Source: Lentisphaerota bacterium (GTDB taxonomy: Bacteria > Verrucomicrobiota > Kiritimatiellia > RFP12 > JAAYNR01). From it: DNA of 50,289 nucleotides. Made by a program: the position numbers and the translations under genes. How positions within the stretch are numbered: position 1 is the first letter of the stretch; each line of letters begins with the position of its first letter. Below the pieces are notes generated by a model, which had not been told where the DNA came from, ran no database searches, and saw only the letters and a list, made by a program, of their open reading frames with translations. The stretch is from positions 1 to 50,289 of the forward strand of contig JAAYNR010000031.1 in NCBI GenBank assembly GCA_012520735.1, written 5' to 3'. This document shows, one piece after another, positions 17,980-25,580 of the stretch.

Positions 17980-18679
17980 CCGCCCCTCCGTCTGACCAAC
18001 GAGAAAAACCGATCCTGAAACTGCTCGAAAAGACCCTTATCCTGCAATAACTTACACAGAGGCTTAATTAGCGAAACATCCCGCTCGGCCGCCGCAAAAG
18101 CCTGCTCAACCTCGTTGCGCACCGCTGTCGGCATCCCCTCTTTCATCTCAAAAAGACTCCGCTCATTCAACTCACGGATGTTCGATTGCACCGACTCCTG
18201 TACCGTTTGCCAGAACAACCGCACCAGACACACATCCCACGGGTGTCAACCCCCTTTACCACTGCGCTGAATGGGTCTTTTTTACCGGCAATTTCCTCTT
18301 TAACCCGCTCCAGCACCCCCTCAAAAGAGTCGGTCACCACCTGTTCGCTGAAAGCCTCCTGCTTTAACGTATAGCCATACCGCAAAATCCGTACTTGGTC
18401 CTCATTCTCTCGCAACCACTCCAGATAACGCTCAGCCTCTTCGCCAAACCCCTCCAGCAACATGTTGGAGTACGATGAAGGCGCTATAATCTGCGGCCGC
18501 ATCGCCTGCATCCGCCCCTCACGTACCCTGACCTTACCTACCGAGTCCATCAGCTCACTCACTAACGTATAGTTAATCATGGTGTTGCCAAAGGTCTCAA
18601 GGTGCCGTTTCGGTGCCAATACAATCTCTGTATTGTTTACCGCGTACCAAAAATCAAAAGATGTCGGTTTTTTGCTCAT
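17976..18679 (-). pseudogene. Unknown conserved-looking protein split by a frameshift (ORFs 18167-18679 and 17976-18233)
   Basis: The two minus-strand ORFs overlap in different frames. Removing one TG from the TGTGTGT run (plus 18228-18234) joins ..AVVKGVDTRGM to CLVRLFWQTVQES.., giving one ~233-aa frame. The out-of-frame tail CVWCGCSGKRYRSRCNRTSVS looks non-protein-like. Confidence 0.6.
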
Positions 18680-18699
18680 TAAGTTTTTTGCTCATTAAG
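18668..18699. repeat. Perfect 16-bp tandem duplication (TTTTTTGCTCATTAAG x2)
   Basis: This was read directly from the sequence. On the minus strand each copy contains CTTAATGAGCAAAAAA, that is the ATG and the first codons of the gene starting at 18679. Confidence 0.9.
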
Positions 18700-18870
18700 T
18701 TGTGGGGAATAGGATAGCGTAATTAACTCGGAGATGCCACCACAAAATGAAAAATCCAAACCGGCTTGCCAGAGTCCCTCCATTATGGCAAAATGTCGAG
18801 TATTCATGCCTGCTGGCAGAAAAGTTTTAAACTCGTAGTGCCGGCACACCCCTACAGCTTTTAACAGATA

Positions 18871-20271
18871 ATGATTACTAAACTTTTGCCGACAAAAAAA
18901 CCGGTCATCCGCAAACGAGCCGACCACCCTGTTTCACGCAAAGATATCGACCCACAAGCTCTGAGAGTACTCTATCGCCTCTCCGATGCCGGCTATACTG
19001 CTTACCTCGTCGGGGGCTCTGTACGTGATCTCCTTATGGGACGCACCCCTAAAGACTTCGATGTCAGCACCGATGCCCCGCCCAATGCCATCAAAAAACT
19101 GTTCCGTAACTGCTTTCTTGTAGGCCGACGCTTCCGCCTGGCTCATATCGTCTTTGGCAGTAAAGTCATCGAAACAAGTACTTTTCGCCGCCAGCCACGG
19201 GAAAATGGCGACACTAAAGGCGGCGACGACCTCTACCAGCGGGAGGACAACGATTTCGGCACCCCGGCGGAAGATGCCCAACGCCGCGATTTCACCGTTA
19301 ATGGCCTTTTTTACGATATTAAAACCTTCTCGATTATCGATTATGTCGGCGGACTCAAGGATCTCGACTCCAAAACCCTCCGCAGTATCGGTGATCCTAA
19401 TGTCCGTTTCCGCGAAGACCCCGTCAGAATGATGCGTGCCATCCGCTTCTCAGCTCGTCTTGGCTTTACTATTGAACGCAAGGCAACTCAGGCTATCAAA
19501 CGCCACCATGCTGAGATATCCAAGGCCTCGGTGCCACGTCTCCTCGAAGAACTCCTGCGCCTTTTCACCTACAGTTCTGCTGAACCCGCTTTTAAGCAAC
19601 TCTGGAAGTTTGGCCTCCTCGACGATCTGGCTCCTGAAGTCGCCGTTTTTATCAACCAGAGCGGTAAATTGAAATCACCGCTCTGGGAGGTGTTGCGTAA
19701 TCTCGATGCCACCCCCGACTCCCAAAACGCCTCTGCCGGCTTACGTCTGGCCACACTCTGCTACCCTATCTATCAGGCTAAAATTAAAGAGGCCAATTCC
19801 AACGCCACCGCAGAGGGCACCAATAACCTCGAGCTGGCGCGTCAAACCCTCGAACCTTTTGTCAAACGCCTCCGCATCCCTAAAGCCACTTTCTTCACCG
19901 CTACTAACCTGCTTGAAATGCAAACGCGCTTTGACACCCTCAGCGATAAACCCGCCGCCCGCCGCGACCGCTTTGCCCGCCACACTCACTTCCCCGAAGC
20001 TTTTATCCTCTGGTCGATTACCGCTCATACCTCCCCTGAACAGATCGCCGTCTGGACCGAGGTCGCCGCCAGAGTCAAACCTGCCATCCACCCCAACGAA
20101 GCCGAAGCCGATGCCAGTGAAAACGCCTGGCGTGTCGCCACCGGTGCTGCCCCACTTGAACCACGCCACGGTTTCGACGGCCGCCGCCGTCGCCGCCCAC
20201 GTCATGCGGCACGCCGCCGCCCTGACTCTACCCGAGAGACCGGTCGCAAAGAGACCACCCAAACACCCTGA
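18871..20271 (+). CDS. pcnB: Poly(A) polymerase I (tRNA nucleotidyltransferase superfamily)
   Basis: HPVSRKDIDPQALRVLYRLSDAGYTAYLVGGSVRDLLMGRTPKDFDVST closely parallels the E. coli PcnB N-terminus. The C-terminal tail is Arg-rich. Confidence 0.85.
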   Translation: MITKLLPTKKPVIRKRADHPVSRKDIDPQALRVLYRLSDAGYTAYLVGGSVRDLLMGRTPKDFDVSTDAPPNAIKKLFRNCFLVGRRFRLAHIVFGSKVIETSTFRRQPRENGDTKGGDDLYQREDNDFGTPAEDAQRRDFTVNGLFYDIKTFSIIDYVGGLKDLDSKTLRSIGDPNVRFREDPVRMMRAIRFSARLGFTIERKATQAIKRHHAEISKASVPRLLEELLRLFTYSSAEPAFKQLWKFGLLDDLAPEVAVFINQSGKLKSPLWEVLRNLDATPDSQNASAGLRLATLCYPIYQAKIKEANSNATAEGTNNLELARQTLEPFVKRLRIPKATFFTATNLLEMQTRFDTLSDKPAARRDRFARHTHFPEAFILWSITAHTSPEQIAVWTEVAARVKPAIHPNEAEADASENAWRVATGAAPLEPRHGFDGRRRRRPRHAARRRPDSTRETGRKETTQTP

Positions 20272-20309
20272 CCACTCATTTAACACCAACTCAACCACGG
20301 AGATAACCG

Positions 20310-21605
20310 ATGTCCACCATCACTCTTGAAGAGATTCTCGCCTACCACCATAACGGTAAAATCAGCCTCAACCTCACCAGAGACCTCAAATCTCAACGTG
20401 ACCTCAGTCTCGCCTACACCCCTGGCGTAGCTCAGGCCGTTAAAGCCATCGCCGCCAACCCCGACACCGCCTTTAAACTCACCGCCCGCAGTAACTTAGT
20501 AGCCGTCGTCACCGACGGCACCGCCATCCTCGGTCTGGGCGACCTTGGCCCCGATGCCAGTATCCCCGTTATGGAGGGTAAGGCAGTACTCTTCAAAGCC
20601 TTTGCTGATGTCGACGGTTGGCCAGTACCCCTCGCCCATTGCCGTAAAGACGGTGCCAATACCGGCCCTACCGACCCCCAACGCATTATCGACACCGTCC
20701 TCGCTATCGCTCCCATGTATGGCGGTATCAATCTCGAAGATATCGCATCCCCCGCCTGTTTTGAGATCGAAGACCGCCTCGACGAGCTCCTCGACATCCC
20801 CGTTTTTCACGACGACCAATGGGGCACCGCTGTCATCACTCTGGCTGGTCTCATAAATTATGCCACCCTCACCGATCGTCCCCTTAACACCCTCCGTGTT
20901 ATCATCAATGGTGCCGGTGCCGCAGGCATCCGTATCGCCGATATGTGCAAAGCCGCAGGCGTTGTCGACCTCGTCATGTACGACTCCAAAGGGGCCATCA
21001 CCACCAACCGCACCGATCTCACCCCCCACAAACGACGCCATGCTGTCGCCACTGCCCCCACTGCCCTCACTAAGGGAATTGCCGGAGCACACGTCTTCAT
21101 CGGTGTCTCTGTCGCCGATATCATCTGCGGTGCCGATGTCAAAACCATGGCCAACTTCCCCGCCATCTTCGCCATGGCCAACCCCGATCCCGAAATCAGT
21201 CCCGCTGCCGTCGCCGCCGCCCTTGGCAACCTGCCATACGTCATGGCCACCGGTCGCTCCGACTATCCCAACCAGATAAATAACGTCCTCGGCTTCCCCT
21301 TCATCTTCCGCGGTGCTCTCGACGTTCGCGCCCGCACCATCAACACCGCCATGAAAGTCGCCGCTGCTGAAGCCCTCGCCAAACTGGCACGCCAGCCCGT
21401 CCCCGACTCAGTCAAACTCCTCTACCCCCACGAACAACTCGAATTCAGCACCTCGTACCTCATCCCCAAACCATTCGACCGCCGCCTCTTTGTCGAAGTC
21501 TCCCACGCTGTCGCCACTGCCGCCGTCAACAGCGGCGCCGCCCCCACCACCGACCTCCCCCAACTCCTCACCTCCCTCCAACAACGCTCACTCAGCTTAT
21601 CTTAG
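20310..21605 (+). CDS. NAD(P)-dependent malic enzyme (short form)
   Basis: Motifs seen are LSLAYTPGVA, VVTDGTAILGLGDLG, FHDDQWGTA and INGAGAAG. SD GGAGA lies upstream. Confidence 0.9.
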   Translation: MSTITLEEILAYHHNGKISLNLTRDLKSQRDLSLAYTPGVAQAVKAIAANPDTAFKLTARSNLVAVVTDGTAILGLGDLGPDASIPVMEGKAVLFKAFADVDGWPVPLAHCRKDGANTGPTDPQRIIDTVLAIAPMYGGINLEDIASPACFEIEDRLDELLDIPVFHDDQWGTAVITLAGLINYATLTDRPLNTLRVIINGAGAAGIRIADMCKAAGVVDLVMYDSKGAITTNRTDLTPHKRRHAVATAPTALTKGIAGAHVFIGVSVADIICGADVKTMANFPAIFAMANPDPEISPAAVAAALGNLPYVMATGRSDYPNQINNVLGFPFIFRGALDVRARTINTAMKVAAAEALAKLARQPVPDSVKLLYPHEQLEFSTSYLIPKPFDRRLFVEVSHAVATAAVNSGAAPTTDLPQLLTSLQQRSLSLS

Positions 21606-21630
21606 TCACCACCCTTAAACAAATCGAGAA

Positions 21631-21742
21631 GCGTGAAGGGTGAAACACACTTAAACGCTTACTCTTAAACGAAACCACCTCGTTTCTTTCCTCTGCCCTG
21701 AAAGAGCTATACACACCAGCCCGTGGCAACGCCACGGTTTTA
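21631..21742 (+). repeat. Conserved intergenic two-hairpin element, copy A
   Basis: The core 21675-21737 aligns by hand at 57/63 positions with 31714-31775. Hairpins are GCCCT-GAA-AGAGC (21695-21707) and CCGTGGC-AAC-GCCACGG (21721-21737), followed by TTTTA. It could double as a weak terminator for the malic enzyme gene. Confidence 0.7.
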
Positions 21743-22138
21743 TGTCACAAATAAATTGATCACTTGGCAAAGTAAATGCCCCCAAAACGAGACATAATGT
21801 CACATAGGCGCATTTACTATTACAAGCCACCGCCTACCCCAAAATAACGATTTTACAATTGTCTGTAGCGAGGCCACTATTGTATACTAAAACTGCTTAC
21901 AGCCGTAACCAAATGTTATACAGCATAGACATCTTATTCCCTTAACATATCTGGCACTTGCATGGACTCACGCAGTTTTAATAAAAACGCTACGCGTTTG
22001 GAAAACAGATTTAAAAGGAATAGAGTTGACGATGACTCTCAATCCCCTTTAAACCACTCCTTTGCGCCCACTCCGTGGTCGCAAAAACCATAACCACCGC
22101 CACCAGCCCGCTCCACTACTTCTCCGCCCCTTCCGTGG

Positions 22139-22162
22139 CTCACGACAAAGCTCACGACAAAG
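22139..22162 (+). repeat. Tandem 12-nt repeat CTCACGACAAAG x2
   Basis: Read directly from the sequence. The same unit occurs at 31858-31889 and, degenerate and inverted, at 31558-31591. Confidence 0.85.
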
Positions 22163-22258
22163 TTTTCTAACCACAAAACCATTAAGGCATTAAGGCATTC
22201 CCTTCATTAAGGCATTCTCTTTAGTGCCCATTTGTGTTCATTCATGGTTAATCCCTCC

Positions 22259-22303
22259 CTGGACATGAGCTTCTGTGTATTCCGTCTTTTCCGTGGTTTA
22301 TCC
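22259..22303 (+). repeat. 45-nt direct repeat, copy 1
   Basis: CTGGACATGAGCTTCTGTGTATTCCGTCTTTTCCGTGGTTTATCC differs at 4 of 45 positions from 22404-22448. Confidence 0.85.
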
Positions 22304-22403
22304 CCAGCGGCATAAACTCCGTGCCTCTGTGCCTCTGTGAGATTTCCCTCCCCGGCCATGAACTCTTTGCTCTCTTTGCGTTTTATGAGGTTAATTCACT
22401 CTT

Positions 22404-22448
22404 CTGGACATGAGCTTCCGAGTATTCCGTCTTTTCCGTGGTTAATCT
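22404..22448 (+). repeat. 45-nt direct repeat, copy 2
   Basis: CTGGACATGAGCTTCCGAGTATTCCGTCTTTTCCGTGGTTAATCT. Confidence 0.85.
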
Positions 22449-22520
22449 CCGCCAGCCTATTTGACTCAGGACTTCGGACTCGGAACTTCTTACTTATCGC
22501 TTATTACCTATTACTTAATT

Positions 22521-22578
22521 TCACCCTTCACTCTTCCGCACCTCGTATAAGCATATGCGTTTAGGTCTCTCGTTTAAG
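22521..22578 (-). repeat. Cluster of intergenic repeat words, reverse orientation
   Basis: TCACCCTTCACTCTTCC..ACCTCGTATAAG..GCGTTTAGG..CGTTTAAG. It has the same word set as 1-60. Confidence 0.5.
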
Positions 22579-22728
22579 TATACCCCTCCCCTCTTATAGC
22601 CGTTATCACGCCATCATGTGGCTGCTTTGGACGATTTTGAGTTGCGGGAAAGTGAATTATCAGGCAAAATGCGACCTGTTTACTTACCTATATAGGTGAG
22701 ATCTACCAAGTATTTACCCGGAGAGAGC

Positions 22729-23748
22729 ATGACCCAGCAGCCATTTATTATTATAGGCGAGAATATCCATTGTACCCGTAGCCGTCTGACAAACGGTTCT
22801 TTTGTGACTGAGTTGGCCGGCGGCCGTTATGGATTGGTTTTTAAAGATGGCACTGCCACGCGTACTCTACCTGTTCCTGAGGCAATTGTGGCCGGTGAGG
22901 AGTGGGCCAATGGTAAGGTGCGGCATGTGGCGGTAGCGGTATGGCAAGGACTCTATGGCCAGGGTGCTGAACAGGCCGTGGCACTCGACTATATCCGTGC
23001 CATGGCTCGTGATCAGGAGGAGGCGGGGGCTGCTTATCTCGACCTGAATGTTGATGAGTTCAGTACCGATAATGACGAGAAACTGCGTGCCGTAGTTTGG
23101 GCTGTCAACCTCTTGCAGGAGGCCTCACCGCTTCCGGTAAGTGTCGACTCCTCTAACCTAGAGATCATCCGAGCCGGAGTGAAGGCGTGTAATCCTAACC
23201 GTAGTAAGCCGTTGGTTAATTCTGTCTCGCTGGAGCGAGTTGACGCCATTTCAATTGCCGCCGAGAGCGGTGCCGGGGTTGTGGCTGGTGCCGGCGGTGC
23301 CAGTGGTATGCCGGAGAATATGGAGGAGCGCCTAGCCAATACCGCAGTACTGATGGCTATGCTTGAGGAACACGGTTTGGCACGTAACGATATCTATCTC
23401 GACCCTCTGGTCTATCCGGTCTCTGTAAAGGCAGAGAACAGTTTGGATGTTTTAGAGACTATCAGGGAGCTGCGGCATATCTATGGCCCCGATATTCACT
23501 TTGCACCGGGGATCAGTAATATCTCTTTTGGTCTCCCTAAGCGTCCGCTGATTAACCAGGTTTTTGCGCGTCTCTGTCGTGAACATGGCTGTGATGGGGG
23601 TATTGTTGACCCACGTCAGATAAATGGCTCGTTACTGGATAGCCTCGATACCGAATCTATCGCTTATCGTCTTACTGCCGATTTATTGCTCGGTCGTGAT
23701 GAATATGGCATGGAGTATATCTCTGCCACTCGCGATGGTACTATTTAA
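22729..23748 (+). CDS. Pterin-binding methyltransferase (methyltetrahydrofolate:corrinoid methyltransferase, AcsE/MetH-pterin-domain-like)
   Basis: IIGENIHCT, VNSVS, LDPLV and GISNISFGLP match the conserved blocks of DHPS-like pterin-binding methyltransferases. The start is set at ATG 22729 with GGAGAGAG upstream; the ORF track starts at GTG 22696. Confidence 0.8.
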   Translation: MTQQPFIIIGENIHCTRSRLTNGSFVTELAGGRYGLVFKDGTATRTLPVPEAIVAGEEWANGKVRHVAVAVWQGLYGQGAEQAVALDYIRAMARDQEEAGAAYLDLNVDEFSTDNDEKLRAVVWAVNLLQEASPLPVSVDSSNLEIIRAGVKACNPNRSKPLVNSVSLERVDAISIAAESGAGVVAGAGGASGMPENMEERLANTAVLMAMLEEHGLARNDIYLDPLVYPVSVKAENSLDVLETIRELRHIYGPDIHFAPGISNISFGLPKRPLINQVFARLCREHGCDGGIVDPRQINGSLLDSLDTESIAYRLTADLLLGRDEYGMEYISATRDGTI

Positions 23749-23785
23749 TTTAAACTGCTAACTCACCGCCTATGTTAGGAAAACC

Positions 23786-25552
23786 ATGAAAAAACTCGAT
23801 GCCACGAAGATGAAAGATTGGCAGATTGCTGAAGCCGCTGAAGAGTGGATGGCACCAATCTCGGAAGTTGCCGCTAAGCTGGGACTGGAGCCGCTGGAGT
23901 TGATACCGTATGGACACCATATCGGCAAGGTCGATCATCAACGGGTGCTGCAGCGTCTGGCAGACCGTCCTGATGGTAAGTATATCGATGTTACCGCTAT
24001 CACGCCTACACCACTGGGTGAAGGTAAAACCACCACTACGGTAGGTCTGGTGGATGGTCTGGCCAGAATTGGCAAGCGGGTTACCGGTGCCATTCGCCAA
24101 CCCTCCGGCGGACCAATCTTCAATATCAAGGGTGGTGCTGCCGGTGGTGGTTTGGCTCAATGTGTTCCGCTTACCGATTTTAACCTCGGTCTTACCGGCG
24201 ACTTTGATGCCATCACCAACGCAAATAACCTCGCTATGGTGGCGCTGACCAGTCGGTTACAGCATGAGTTTAATTATAACGACGAAACTTTGGCTAAACG
24301 TAACCTCACACGTCTCTCTATTGATCCCAACAACGTAGCCATGAACTGGGTAATCGATTTTTCGGCCCAGGCACTGCGCAATATTATCATCGGTATTGGT
24401 GATAAGATGGATGGTTTTATGATGCGCAGTGGCTTTGCTATTACAGTCTCATCAGAGATAATGGCGATTCTGGCTGTTGCTAAAGATATTAAAGACCTGC
24501 GTGAACGGATTGCAAAGATCGTGGTGGCCTACAGTACGTCAGGTAAGCCGATTACTACCGGCGACCTCGAGGTTGCCGGAGCTATGACCGCTATTCTCCA
24601 TAAGGCTATCTACCCTAATCTGTTGCAGACTATTGAGGGTAACCCGGTTTTTGTCCATGCCGGCCCTTTCGCCAATATTGCTTTGGGACAATCTTCGATC
24701 GTGGCCGACCGCATCGCCCTTAAACTCGGTGATTATCATGTAACCGAGAGTGGCTTTGGCGCCGATATCGGCTTTGAGAAATTCTGCAACCTCAAATGCC
24801 GTATGTCGGGGCTTACCCCTCATGCGGCTGTGATTGTCGCCACTATTCGCGCTCTTAAAATGCACGGCGGTGGGCCACGGGTAGTCCCCGGTGCGCCGCT
24901 CGATAGTGCCTATACTGCGAGCCACCCCGAGCTGGTTGAGCGTGGCATGGAGAACCTTATTGCCCATATCGAGATTGTCCGTAAATGCGGCATCGCCCCT
25001 GTGGTTTGTATCAACCACTTCCATACCGACAGTGTTGATGAAGTCGCTGCTGTGCGCCGCGGTGCCGAAGCCGCCGGTGCCCGTGTGGCTGTCAGCAAAC
25101 ACTGGGCTGAAGGTGGTGCCGGTGCTATTGAACTGGCTGAGGTTGTAACCGAGGCTTGTAATGACAAAAGTGAGTTCCGTTTTCTTTACTCAATGGAGAC
25201 ACCGATCCGCCAGCGTATTGAAATTATTGCCAGAGAGGTTTATGGAGCCGATGGAGTCTCGTTTGCCCCTGCTGCTGAGAAAAAACTGGCGGAGCTTATT
25301 CAGGACACCGCAACTCTCGCGCTGGGTGTCTGCATGGTTAAGAGTCACCTCAGTATTTCACACGATCCCACCGCCAAGGGTCGTCCGCGTGGCTTTACCC
25401 TGCCGGTAAGGGATATCCTCCTTTACCGTGGTGCCGGTCTCGTGGTGCCGGTGGCCGGTGATATCAAATTGATGCCGGGGACAGCCTCTGATCCGGCCTT
25501 CCGCCGTATTGATGTAGACACCAATACGGGCCGCGTTACCGGGCTTTTCTAA
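23786..25552 (+). CDS. fhs: Formate-tetrahydrofolate ligase
   Basis: The match runs the full length: IAEAA....[46 protein letters not shown]. Confidence 0.95.
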   Translation: MKKLDATKMKDWQIAEAAEEWMAPISEVAAKLGLEPLELIPYGHHIGKVDHQRVLQRLADRPDGKYIDVTAITPTPLGEGKTTTTVGLVDGLARIGKRVTGAIRQPSGGPIFNIKGGAAGGGLAQCVPLTDFNLGLTGDFDAITNANNLAMVALTSRLQHEFNYNDETLAKRNLTRLSIDPNNVAMNWVIDFSAQALRNIIIGIGDKMDGFMMRSGFAITVSSEIMAILAVAKDIKDLRERIAKIVVAYSTSGKPITTGDLEVAGAMTAILHKAIYPNLLQTIEGNPVFVHAGPFANIALGQSSIVADRIALKLGDYHVTESGFGADIGFEKFCNLKCRMSGLTPHAAVIVATIRALKMHGGGPRVVPGAPLDSAYTASHPELVERGMENLIAHIEIVRKCGIAPVVCINHFHTDSVDEVAAVRRGAEAAGARVAVSKHWAEGGAGAIELAEVVTEACNDKSEFRFLYSMETPIRQRIEIIAREVYGADGVSFAPAAEKKLAELIQDTATLALGVCMVKSHLSISHDPTAKGRPRGFTLPVRDILLYRGAGLVVPVAGDIKLMPGTASDPAFRRIDVDTNTGRVTGLF

Positions 25553-25580
25553 TCTCTCAGTGACATTTTCAGGCTGTGCT

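Noticed and set aside
18167-18245. Programmed -1 ribosomal frameshift joining the two halves of the split gene
   Set aside because: There is no X-XXY-YYZ slippery heptamer and no obvious downstream stem-loop in the ~80-nt overlap window. A 2-nt indel at the TG run is the simpler explanation.
18679-18927. 82-aa minus-strand ORF between the frameshifted gene and pcnB
   Set aside because: It overlaps the pcnB 5' end on the opposite strand and terminates inside the 16-bp duplication. It has no SD and no recognisable motif, so I treat it as spurious.
21952-21962. Sigma-54-like TGGCAC..TTGCA
   Set aside because: TTGCA follows TGGCAC immediately instead of after the ~5-nt gap required for the -24/-12 geometry. 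The nearest downstream gene is more than 750 nt away.
22259-22448. Possible CRISPR-like array
   Set aside because: There are only two repeat copies, 45 nt long, with a 100-nt interval that itself contains other repeat words. There are no cas genes and no regular spacing.
22337-22564. 75-aa ORF inside the large intergenic gap
   Set aside because: It is assembled entirely from the short repeat words and the 45-nt repeat. It has no SD, and its composition is low-complexity and Leu/Ser/Phe-rich. It is most likely a by-product of the repeats.
22565-22728. Riboswitch (ZTP/pfl, THF or cobalamin) upstream of the methyltransferase-fhs operon
   Set aside because: I looked for the conserved cores (ZTP CCGCCUGG pseudoknot strand, cobalamin B12-box GCCACUG) and found none. 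A covariance-model search would be the definitive test.
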